Source: Macrostomum lignano (Eukaryota). From it: DNA of 64,000 nt. A program made the position numbers and the translations under genes. This document shows positions 1 through 13,700 of this stretch, piece by piece (positions within the stretch are counted from its first letter, which is position 1; every line of letters begins with the position of its first letter). The DNA lies in NCBI GenBank assembly GCA_002269645.1, contig NIVC01002503.1:102728-166727 (forward strand), in the 5' to 3' direction. The notes beneath the pieces are model-generated. The model was not told the DNA's origin and ran no database searches. It worked only from the letters and a program-made list of their open reading frames with translations.

Positions 1-796
1 AGGGATTATTTAAGTGCTTTTATTGTTTCGAGTACCTGCTTTATCAAAGCTATTCCCTTCGAAGTGAAATTTTAGCTCAGATCCGTCTTTATGAAGCAAA
101 TTTGCGCGTTAGACGTGGAATATTTGAGATATTGCAGCCAGCTTAACACATTCACCCGCCATCAGCTATCGGCCTAAAAGCAGTCTAATGTTTGCTAATG
201 TCTGCGACGTCTTGTCACTGGTCCCATCTGACAGTTCCCAGTCTGCCGTTGGGAGGTTGGGAGATGGCTCGCGATCTCAGAGTGCGAGCCATCTAGAGTC
301 TCAATGAAGTCGCTCCTGATGCACAGGTATCAATGGATTTTGTTGAATCACTGATCAGAGTGATTCCCTGGCATCGAAGGCAAAATTTCGAGGGACAGGG
401 TCAGCCACAGGCTTACAGAAAAATCTGCAGAAATATATGCAGCAGACCTTCAATGTTTCTAGTCAACAGACCTCTTGCCGTTAAATTTGTAGCAAAATCT
501 CAGTTGCCTATAGCAAATTGACGCGTTATATTGTGAATTTAAATTTCAGATTGAAACCATTGACTAAAGCAATGGATTCCTAAGTAATTTTTTAATTGAA
601 AACATCAATCAGTTTTAAGCTTTAGCAACTGCGTTTTCTGTTATTAGAGAGCAAAAATTTACTGATGAATAACTGAATTTAGCACTTGACTCGATTTCAA
701 CCGAAAAGATTTAATGTGTTTCAATTTTATTTTATTTTAGAAATAACGCAAGCATTTCTGTATTTTTACTGAAAATTTCTCCCTTTAAGTGTTTGG

Positions 797-956
797 TGCT
801 CAGAGCCTATGCTCAGACCCTATGCTCAGACCCTATGCTTAGACCCTTTGCTTAGACTCTATGCTTAGACCCTATGCTTAGACCCTATGCTTAGACCCTA
901 TGCTTAGACCCTATGCTTAGACCCTATGCTTAGACCCTATGCTTAGACCCTATATG
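797..956. repeat. 13-bp minisatellite (CCTATGCTTAGAC)n, about 12 copies
   Basis: Tandem units visible directly in the sequence. Confidence 0.9.
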
Positions 957-987
957 CTTTGTACAGACCAGGTCCACTCAATCGAAT

Positions 988-1172
988 TGTAATGAAGTCA
1001 ACTCGCTTATTCTGGAGTAAACTCAGTTGAGGCAAAACCCTCCACGCTCTGTATATTTTATAGGCCAAGGGGCACGGTGGCCCGCGCATGTACATTACCG
1101 TACGTACTGCTAGCTAGGCTTACTAAACAAGCTCCACCCCTACCACGCGGCCCCACCCCATAAGTCATGACA
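988..1172 (-). repeat. 3' LTR of element 1
   Basis: TGTAATG...CATGACA, same as 5095-5279. On the minus strand it is preceded by the PPT GAGAGGGGAAAAG (1173-1185). Confidence 0.95.
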
Positions 1173-1204
1173 CTTTTCCCCTCTCAGAAGAAGTCCGCTT
1201 CCTA

Positions 1205-2389
1205 TCAATCACAGCTCCCGAGTTTCGAGTAGGTCAGCTTCTCAGGTGGCCGTCGCCGGCGTGCAGGCTGCAGTCCGCAGGGCGCGTCTGGCGGCTCCGG
1301 CTCCGGGTGCTCCGCGCCGGTCCCGGTCGAGTCCGCAGCTTCAGCTGGCTCGGTCCCGGCTGCCGGACCGTCAGGTTGGTCGCTCTCGACTCGCCGGCCC
1401 CGCAGTTGGTCGGCATGACGGCGCCAGGTCAGGCCGTCGCTCGTTTCGACTCGGAAGCTCAGCGGCCCAGTCTGCTCGAGAACTTTTGCTGGTTGCCAGG
1501 CCGCCGCATTAGGCCGGTAGTCCCTGGCCCAGGCCTCCGACCACGGCTCCTCCGGCAGCTCCCGCGACCGCCGGTCGTGCTGTCGTTTCTGGGCAGATTG
1601 CTCCCGCAGTACTCGATCCCGGGCTGACGGCCGCAGCAGGTCCATTCGAGTCCGGAGCTGCCGCTTCAGGAAGAGCTCCGCTGGTGTCCGACCGGTCGTT
1701 GGGTGCGGGCTAGCTCGGTAGCCCAGCAGCCAGTTGCACAGGCGGATGTCGAGGTCCGGCTGACTGCTCCGTGACGCCTCCATGGCCATCTTGAACGACT
1801 TCACCAGCCGTTCCACCAGTCCGTTGGTCTTGGCGTGATATGGACTGCTTCTTGTGTGGCGAATTCCATTTGCTTTGCAGAAATCGCTAAATCCTTGACT
1901 GATGAATGCTGGACCGTTGTCCGATACCAGTTCTCTCGGCAGGCCCCATTGTGCAAACAACACTCGCAGCTTGCGAACCAGCTCGGCCGATTCGAGTGTT
2001 GACACGGCCTCCACATGCGGCCACTTTGAGTGCGCGTCGACTACGAGGAGAAACTGGCGGCCTCGAACCGGCCCGGCAAAGTCAACGTGGATGCGGTCCC
2101 AGGGCTGGTCTGGCCACACCCAGGGGTGCAGTGGAGCCAGCACCGGATGCAGCTTAACGGATTGGCAGGCTTGGCAGCTGCTGGCAACCGACTCGATGTC
2201 AGCATCCATTCCTGGCCACCAGACGAAGGTTCTGGCGACACTTTTCATCCGGGCCATGCCGAAATGTTCCACGTGTAACTCGCGCAGAACTCCAGGTCGC
2301 AACGCTCCCGGAACCAGCACGCGAGTTCCCCAGATCACGCAGCCGTCTTCCACGCTTAGTTCTAGTCGACGACGAAAGTAGGGCTCGAG
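1205..2389 (-). CDS. Integrase part of element 1 pol (zinc-binding region, DDE core)
   Basis: LHVEHFG...CQAC; IHVDFAGP, SDNGPAF and NGLVERLV motifs. The frame opens at LEPYFRRRLELSVEDG, just after a 1-nt shift at about 2390. Confidence 0.9.
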   Translation of the reverse strand, partial: LEPYFRRRLELSVEDGCVIWGTRVLVPGALRPGVLRELHVEHFGMARMKSVARTFVWWPGMDADIESVASSCQACQSVKLHPVLAPLHPWVWPDQPWDRIHVDFAGPVRGRQFLLVVDAHSKWPHVEAVSTLESAELVRKLRVLFAQWGLPRELVSDNGPAFISQGFSDFCKANGIRHTRSSPYHAKTNGLVERLVKSFKMAMEASRSSQPDLDIRLCNWLLGYRASPHPTTGRTPAELFLKRQLRTRMDLLRPSARDRVLREQSAQKRQHDRRSRELPEEPWSEAWARDYRPNAAAWQPAKVLEQTGPLSFRVETSDGLTWRRHADQLRGRRVESDQPDGPAAGTEPAEAADSTGTGAEHPEPEPPDAPCGLQPARRRRPPEKLTYSKLGSCD

Positions 2390-5081
2390 CCCGGGGAACC
2401 GACTCTGGCCAGCCAGTCATTATCATCCGGAGAACATCTCGGAGCTCGTCGTCTCGCTTCGTTGCTGCCGCTACATCCGCCGCCGTCAATGGAAACTCGC
2501 CCGTCAGCTGACAGACCCGATCGTCGTCGTCTGGGCTGTCGTCCTTCATCTGCAGGGGCAAGCGAGACAGGCCGTCTGCATTGCTGTGCTGAGCAGTCTT
2601 GCGGAACCGGATGCTGTAGCTGTACCCTGACAGCAGCAGTGCCCATCTCTGAAGTCGCCCTGCTGCAGTCGGCGAGATGCCAACCTTCGGTCCGAAAATC
2701 GTCGTCAACGGCTGATGATCCGTAATTATCGTGAAGCTCCGGCCGAACAGGTACTGGTGGAACCGCTTGATGGCGAACACGATGGCGAGGGCTTCTTTCT
2801 CAATTTGCGAGTAATTTCGCTCCGCTGCTGACAGCGTCCTTGAAGCAAAAGTCACCGGCCGTTCCGAGCCGTCCTCCATCGTGTGGGACAGCACCGCGCC
2901 GATGCCGACCGATGAAGCATCCGCGGCCACCACCACTGGAAGCTGCTCGTTGAAATGCGTCAGCACGCTGTCCGAACTCAGTTCTTGCTTAAGATGGTCC
3001 CAGGCTCGGTCCTCCGTCTCAGCCCACCGCCAGTCCGTCTCCTTCCTCAAAAGTTTATACAGAGGAGCAGCGATCGTGGAGAAGTCCTTGACATGTCGAG
3101 CATAGTAGTTTGCGAGGCCCAAGAATGATCGCAGCTCTGATACTGTCGCTGGCCTCGGGCTGTTGACTATTGCTTCCACCTTCTGAGGCAGCTTCTTGAC
3201 TCCGTCCTTGCTCAGCAACGAGCCCAGGTATTCGACTTCTTCTTGCAGAAATTTGCACTTGATTCGTTTCAGCCGCAGGCCCGCCGCTCTCAGCCTGGTC
3301 AGTACCTCGCGAAGCGCTGCTAGGTGCTCACTCATTGACGGACCGGACACCAGGATGTCATCAATGCGGCAACAGACTCCCGGCACGCCCTTCAAAAGTG
3401 TTTCCATCAGCCTCTGGCAAATCGCAGGAGCCGAACTGACGCCAAATGGCAACCGGAGGTACTCGAAAAGCCCTTTATGCGTGTTGATGGTCGTCAGCTT
3501 GCAGCTCTCTTCGTCGAGTGGAAACTGAAGATAACATTGTGACAGATCGAGTTTTGAGAACAGCTGACCCCGTCCCATCTGCTCGTAAAGCTCTTCAGGC
3601 GTAGGCAGCGGGTACTGGTCGATGTGAAGCTGAGGGTTCAACGTCAGTTTATAGTCGCCGCACAGTCGGACTGAGCCGTCCGCCTTGAGTACCGGAACCA
3701 CTGGCGTAGCCCACTCGCTGTAGGTCACCGGGCGGATGATGCCTTTGTTGAGCATGTCCTGGAGCTCGAGCTCAAGCTTGTCCCGCACTGCGAATGGCAC
3801 GGGTCTGACCTTGCAGAATCGAGGCTGTGCGTCACTTTTAAGTCTCAGTGCGACTGTCTGATCCTTCAACTGCCCCAGGCTCTCGTCGAAAACATCAGCG
3901 AACTCCTCCAGCATCTGGTCGAGAGGCCCGCTGTTCTGCGCCGGCGCCTGGCTGATCTGGTTGGCAAACAACTGAGTCCAGTTGAGTCGCACCTTTTCCA
4001 GCCAATTGCGTCCTAGCAATGGGCAGGCTCCGGTCTGACTGGTGACCACCAGCGGCAGCTTATCATGCTGTCTTCCGTCGTAGTTGACCCTGACCTCGGC
4101 TGTTCCCTTGACTTGTATTGGCTCGCCCGTCCAGGTCCGGAGTCGCAGGCGTGTTGGTGTCAGTGGAGGTCGTCCGAGCTGCTTCCACACCGACTCCGGT
4201 ACGAGGCTGACGCAGGCACCGGTGTCCAGCTGCATGGTGAGGGGCTGGTCATTCACCAGCAGGCTTACGCTGATCTTCTTGGCCGATGCAGTGACTTGCG
4301 AAATCCAGCCAGTTGCTGCTTCCTCCTCCTCTTCCGTTTGCATTGCGTGCGCTGGTCCGTTCTCTGGCCGTCCGGCTTTCGTTGTGCTGTAGGCTTTCTT
4401 GGCTGAGCGGCAAACTTTCTGCAGGTGTCCAACTTTCCCGCAGTTGTGGCACTTTGCGGTCCTGAAGTGGCAGGCTGCCGACAGGTGGCCTTTCAATCCG
4501 CACCTGTAGCACGCCTTCGAGTCTGGCGCTACCTGCTGGACTGAGCTGACCTCTGAGCTCGATTTCCACTGCTCAGTTTCCGACTTAGCAATCTCCGCCG
4601 CGAGGGCAATTTTCTTGGCCGCATCCAGCGTGAGCTTCTCCTCCATCAGGAGTCGCTGCTGGGTCCGCTGGTCCCGAAGACCACAAACGAAACAGTCTCG
4701 GAGAGCTTCTTCTCGAAACCCGCCGAACTCGCACGAATCGGCCAGATTCCGCAGCGCAGCCAGAAATTGAGCAGCCGTCTCTCCGTCCTTTTGTGCTCGC
4801 TTGTAGAACTTGAACCGTTCAGCGATTACTGGCTTCTTCGGTTTGAAGTACTTTTGAAGGTGCTCGGTGAGGGCGCTGTATTGCAGATCTGTTGGCTTGG
4901 TCGGACTGCAGAGATCCCGCAGGACTGCGTAGCATCGTTCGCCAATCAATGTCAGAAACACTGCCTTCTTCTTGTCGTCGCCTTCTATGCCGTTTGCAAG
5001 CATGTAAGAGTCCATTCGCTCTTGATAGGCGTCCCAATCTTTGCCTTCCTCGTAAGGCTCTAGTTGTCCAACTGAAGCCAT
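2390..5081 (-). CDS. Gag-protease-RT-RNaseH polyprotein of element 1
   Basis: ATG at 5081 (MASVGQLE). Two CCHC knuckles (CYRCGLKGHLSAAC, CHNCGKVGHLQKVC), protease LDTGA, RT CRIDDILV, RNaseH ADASSVGIGAVL and YSQIEKEALAI. Confidence 0.93.
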
Positions 5082-5092
5082 TCTCGTCGCCA
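5078..5092 (-). promoter_or_regulatory. Primer-binding site, tRNA-Ser(GCU)-type
   Basis: TGGCGACGAGAATGG lies 2 nt inside the 5' LTR. It matches 14/15 to the complement of the recalled metazoan tRNA-Ser(GCU) 3' end. The Gag ATG lies within it. Confidence 0.75.
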
Positions 5093-5094
5093 AT

Positions 5095-5279
5095 TGTAAT
5101 GAAGTCAACTCGCTTATTCTGGAGTAAACTCAGTTGAGGCAAAACCCTCCACGCTCTGTATATTTTATAGGCCAAGGGGCACGGTGGCCCGCGCATGTAC
5201 ATTACCGTACGTACTGCTAGCTAGGCTTACTAAACAAGCTCCACCCCTACCACGCGGCCCCACCCCATAAGTCATGACA
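5095..5279 (-). repeat. 5' LTR of element 1
   Basis: Direct repeat of 988-1172. Minus-strand TATAAAA is present. Confidence 0.95.
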
Positions 5280-5396
5280 CGAATGGCGAAAGGCACTCGC
5301 ACAGAACTCTTTGCACGTCAAAGGCCTCAGTGGATGTCTCCAATCCCTGTTTCCCAATGGCCAGCAAAGTTCTCGAGCTTCGGTTGGTAGTTGGAA

Positions 5397-6155
5397 ACAG
5401 TGATGGTCAGTTGATGGTTGGGCACAGTGATGGTCAGTTGATGGTTGGGCACAGTGATGGTCAGTTGATGGTTGGGCACAGTGATGGTCAGTTGATGGTT
5501 CGGACTCAGTGATGGTCAGTTGCTGGTTCGGACACAGTGATGGTCAGTTGATGGTTGGGCACAGTGATGGTCAGTTGATGTTTCGGACTCAGTGATGGTC
5601 AGTTGATGGTTGGGCACAGTGATGGTCAGTTGATGGTTCGGCACAGTGATGGTCAGTTGATGGTTGGGCACAGTGATGGTCAGTTGCTGGTTCGGACACA
5701 GTGATGGTCAGTTGATGGTTGGGCACAGTGATGGTCAGTTGATGTTTCGGACTCAGTGATGGTCAGTTGCTGGTTCGGACACAGTGATGGTCAGTTGATG
5801 GTTGGGCACAGTGATGGTCAGTTGATGGTTGGGCACAGTGATGGTCAGTTGATGGTTGGGCACAGTGATGGTCAGTTGATGGTTGGGCACAGTGATGGTC
5901 AGTTGATGGTTCGGACTCAGTGATGGTCAGTTGCTGGTTCGGACACAGTGATGGTCAGTTGATGGTTGGGCACAGTGATGGTCAGTTGATGGTTGGGCAC
6001 AGTGATGGTCAGTTGATGGTTCGGACTCAGTGATGGTCAGTTGCTGGTTCGGACACAGTGATGGTCAGTTGATGGTTGGGCACAGTGATGGTCAGTTGAT
6101 GGTTGGGCACAGTGATGGTCAGTTGATGGTCGGACACAGTGATGGTCAGTTGCTG
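5397..6155. repeat. 27-bp minisatellite (CAGTGATGGTCAGTTGATGGTTGGGCA)n, about 28 copies
   Basis: Tandem units with variants (ttcggact, ttcggaca). Confidence 0.92.
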
Positions 6156-6800
6156 GAAGAAGACACAGCAACTCAGAATCCAACCCTATTCTGACACACC
6201 AGCAACATGCTCTCTCAGCTCATAAGTCCAGCCATCGCAGGCACTAACGTCGGGAACCAGATCGCCGAGTTTAGATGATCTACTGGCATCGCAAAGTTCT
6301 TAAGTCCTACTGTTCATAAGTAGAATAAAAAGGTTATAAAACATTCTGGACGGGTTACGGAATGACTTGGATCATGGAACTAAGATCCAACTACAGAAAG
6401 TACTTGTATTTGCCATGCAATTTGAATGACAAATTTTCAGATCACAAGAAACGTTCTGCTAGAAAATGAATATTCATTGCCTTAAAAGTAAAGTAGCTAA
6501 CTTACTGTGCGAGGCTACAAACGAACTCAAGTCTTCTCTAAAATATTTCCGTTCCAACTTACTCCCCAGAAATCAATGGGCTACTCAGAACTGTTCAAGT
6601 GACTCTTATTGACTTGCAGTGACAGAACTTAGCAGTAAAAATATCTCTCGCCTGGTCAAATACATGAGCCACAGCGTCCGTGCGGAACGGTGGGAAGCGA
6701 CCTGTGCCTGGTATCGCATATGGCAACTGTTTCAATAGACTGGCTTTGACTGGATTGATTACCCAGCTGACTGCGAACCGGTTCTTTCAACTGGGTATTC

Positions 6801-7048
6801 GCTTTGCATGCACTTGAGCCAGGCAGCAACACATGCCCGTCAGTGCAGATGAATACTGGGGGGGGGGGGTAAATGCTATACAATGGCGCGCCGAGTGCAT
6901 GTACTCATAGTTGAGCAAGGATGAAGTGTGTAGCCGCCATCGATGAGCCCAAAATACGAGCGTAGCCTTGCTCTCGTCCTCGAGCTCGACCTCGTTTATC
7001 ACTGCCTTTCCCCACCTGTGTCCCAGCGGCATCCAACATTCCCGATCC
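6801..7048 (+). repeat. About 250-bp dispersed repeat abutting an (ATCT)n array; inverted copy at 17964-18205
   Basis: GCTTTGCATGCACTTGAGCCAGGC...CAACATTCCCGATC matches the reverse complement of 17964-18205 with a few substitutions and indels. Confidence 0.85.
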
Positions 7049-8928
<1,880 letters not shown>

Positions 8929-9164
8929 CGCTATCTACTATCTATAGCCAGGACCTGCACCGGAGCGGTTACGAAAATTAGATTTCTCGGTAGTTGCACG
9001 TACTCTTTTGCACTACTTGAGTAGTCTGATTTTCGTTCGGCATAGCTGGTTCCAGCAGGTAGTTCCTCTGGATAAAAGCGCTTACCGCGCCCATTGGCTT
9101 TCCAGCTGCCTTAATCGTTTCCGGTGATCTTGTGTGCGTGCTTTCAGCTTGATTGGCTGCGGCA

Positions 9165-9517
<353 letters not shown>

Positions 9518-9944
9518 CGAGTATCTATCAAATCTATCTATAATTGGCACCTTAAGATTTGCATCTATCTATATAAGACAGCTAATATGCTCAGCATCAG
9601 ATGGGAAATCATAAAACAGTTTATTTTTAGAATGGTTAATTTTGGGCATCGCCCTGCGCTGGCGTACACACTGTGTACGCAGGTAAGCACAGTCGATTGC
9701 TTTGAGGAAGTGTAGTCAATGGAAACCCGCTCTATTTTCTATAAATAAATAAATTTAGTCCCAAAACAGAGAGAGTTTATTCAGACTGCTGCAATAGCCG
9801 GCCGTTAGCAATGGAAGATAAAAGCTATTTTTAGCAGTGTTTTTCTCTCAGAGACCGGCCACACGTGATTCTTTGCGGCACAGGCGTTTTTAAACTTGCC
9901 CCAATAAGTGTTACAAACATTGTGTATCTAAAGTCATGTGCTCA

Positions 9945-10195
9945 TAGTGTGCTCACAGTAGTGTGCTCACATTAGTATGCTTGCTCTCAGTAGTGTGCTC
10001 ATAGTGTGCTCACAGTAGTGTGCTCACAGTAGTGTGCTCACTGTAGTGTGCTCACAGCAGTGCTCACAGTAGTGTGCTCACAGCAGTGCTCACAGTAGTG
10101 TGCTCACAGTAGTGTGCTCATAGTAGTGTGCTCACAGTAGTGTGCTCACAGTAGTGTGCTCATAGTAGTGTGCTCACAGTAGTGCTCACAGTAGT
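9945..10195. repeat. 14-bp minisatellite (GTGTGCTCACAGTA)n
   Basis: Direct inspection. Confidence 0.88.
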
Positions 10196-10689
10196 ACATG
10201 CATCTACATTGTTACAAAAGTTCTGCCCTATACCGACCCAGTGCAATGCTAATAATCCTAAAATGAATGAGAAAAAGCCAATAGCAGGGAGGATGACGAT
10301 GGATGAGAGTGAACGGGAGAAGGGAGAGAAGGGGAAGGAGACGAGAAGAAAAGAGTCGCGAATGCTAGGCCGCCCTTTGTTCTAGATTTTATTGGCGAGG
10401 CCGGGCACGCTAAAAGTTATAATAATAATATAGTATGTAGTAATAGTACGAGTAATAATACTAATGATCTAGGCGCCAGAGGCATGCATGGTGATCGGGG
10501 AGGGGAGGGGATACGCGGAATGAATACAAAAAGATTTATTTGTGCTATAGCAGCGTGTGCCGTCTCCTGCGTCAGTTTGACTTCAGCAGCTAGGCTGAGG
10601 GAGGGCAGTTCCAATCCACCGCGAAAATGAGCTGCACGTATTGGTTACCCGTCTAATTAATCTGCTGCCTATAAATGCCCATTCCGGCC

Positions 10690-11390
10690 TCTGTACTCAA
10701 TCTGTAGCCTCTCTACTCAATCTGTAGCCTCTCTACTCAATCTGTAGCCTCTCTACTCAATCTGTAGCCTCTGTACTCAATCTGTAGCCTCTGTACTCAA
10801 TCTGTAGCCTCTCTACTCAATCTGTAGCCTCTCTACTCAATCTGTAGCCTCTCTACTCAATCTGTAGCCTCTCTACTCAATCTGTAGCCTCTCTACTCAA
10901 TCTGTAGCCTCTCTACTCAATCTGTAGCCTCTCTACTCAATCTGTAGCCTCTGTACTCAATCTGTAGCCTCTCTACTCAATCTGTAGCCTCTCTACTCAA
11001 TCTGTAGCCTCTCTACTCAATCTGTAGCCTCTCTACTCAATCTGTAGCCTCTCTACTCAATCTGTAGCCTCTCTACTCAATCTGTAGCCTCTCTACTCAA
11101 TCTGAAGCCTCTCTACTCAATCTGTAGCCTCTCTACTCAATCTGTAGCCTCTCTACTCAATCTGTAGCCTCTCTACTCAATCTGTAGCCTCTGTACTCAA
11201 TCTGTAGCCTCTGTACTCAATCTGTAGCCTCTCTACTCAATCTGTAGCCTCTCTACTCAATCTGTAGCCTCTCTACTCAATCTGTAGCCTCTCTACTCAA
11301 TCTGTAGCCTCTCTACTCAATCTGTAGCCTCTCTACTCAATCTGTAGCCTCTCTACTCAGTCTGTAGCCTCTGTACTCAATCTGTAGCTT
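10690..11390. repeat. 20-bp minisatellite (CTCTACTCAATCTGTAGCCT)n, about 35 copies
   Basis: Highly homogeneous tandem units. Confidence 0.95.
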
Positions 11391-11795
11391 CTGTCTGTAG
11401 CCTCTGGATTTTAATACCATGGCTGCTCATTCCAGATGTCAATCATTCCGCTTCCTTAACTACCCCGTTATCCTTAGCTACGCAGCTCAAAACACCAATT
11501 CAATTCATCAGGGACACAAATGCAGAATCTTTTCTAGTTTTCTATTTAATAAGAGCGGCGCGCCAATTGCAACTGGGAATCCGATTGGGAATGAGATGAA
11601 GACTCTGCAGCTGGGTCTGCATTATGCATTGAGTCGCTGTAGAATTCTTACTGTCTACCCCCACTGCCCACTGGCGCATTGAGGCACAGATTAATAAATT
11701 ATACTGCTAGTCTGCCCTTCAAAAGTATAGGATTGACTCAGCCCACGGTGCTATTTTGGGTTTCATTTCATCATGTTTACCTCTCTGCCTTTCTC

Positions 11796-12676
<881 letters not shown>

Positions 12677-13542
12677 ATTTCGTACTATCTAGCTAAATAA
12701 AATGAGCGAGACCAGGAAGACACGTGTAACTGCTGTGTCCACAAAGTGGGCACATGAAAACAGCTATCTTCAGAAATCTCAGATACAGGGATCTGCAGCA
12801 ATGAATTGCATTAGCAAAGGCATCGTAAATTATCGCACAGTATTTAGGAAGCAATCTCTGTCAGCTAAACGAGTTTTCGGACGACTTTTGGGCGGCAATG
12901 AAACCGGTATATTGAAAGCTTGTTCGCTCTACAACAGAGAATGAAGCAAATTTCTAAGCATAGCAAAATTGTGAATGCAAACTTAAATCTACTTGGAGCT
13001 CGAAACAAAAGCAATGAGAGCGCTGCAATTCGTCTTCAGTTAATTGAGATAAATTTAAAGTATTAATATTGTTTGATGACTCAGTTTAAGCCACTGTGGT
13101 TTCCCTACTTCTCACTCTTCCTCTTTCTCTGTCCCATTCTAGATCTTTACCTTATCCTCTCTCTCTCCCTTCCTTCTTCTCTCCCTCTCTCTTCCTTTCT
13201 CTCTCTATCTCTCTCTTCCTCACCCTTTCCGTCTCATCTCTCCCTACTCCTCTCTCGATTCGCTCCTGCTCCATTTGAAAATCATCACGCATGCAATAGA
13301 GGAAAAAAGTACTTTTATCAAGAAATTTGAAACCCCAATCTCAGGGCAAATTACGTGTTCCTACTGCTCAATGCACAGGTAAAGATAACACATTAGCCTA
13401 ATTATCTGAAAGTATAGGTGGAAAAGCTGAAACTTTTGACCCTGGCTACTAATTAATAATTTTTTCTCGCTATCAGTTTCGACAGTTTGTGCATGAGGAG
13501 TCGACTGAAAGAGCGGGTTGGGGTGGAGGCTGAGCAGCCGGA

Positions 13543-13700
13543 GCTAGCTGGATCAGTCCCGATTGCAGCCGCAGCTAGCTGGAGCAGTCCCGATTGCAGC
13601 CGCAGCTAGCTGGAGCAGTCCCGATTGCAGCCGCAGCTAGCTGGAGCAGTCCCGATTGCAGCCGCAGCTAGCTCGAGCAGTCCCGATTGCAGCCGCAGCA
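13543..13700. repeat. 31-bp tandem repeat overlapping the prominin-like stop codon
   Basis: GCAGCCGCAGCTAGCTGGAGCAGTCCCGATT, about 5 copies. Confidence 0.85.

Larger units (their letters stand above)
988..5279 (-). mobile_element. Full-length Ty3/gypsy LTR retrotransposon (Mag/K02A2.6-like), 4.3 kb ('element 1')
   Basis: 185-bp TG...CA LTRs at 988-1172 and 5095-5279, identical by eye. 5-bp TSD CGAAT (983-987, 5280-5284). PBS and PPT are present. Gag(2xCCHC)-PR-RT-RH-IN order. Confidence 0.97.

Noticed and set aside
262-298. 11-bp perfect hairpin followed by CTAG (Helitron 3' end?)
   Set aside because: CTAG overlaps the stem and is followed by A rather than T, and no 5' TC end or second copy was found.
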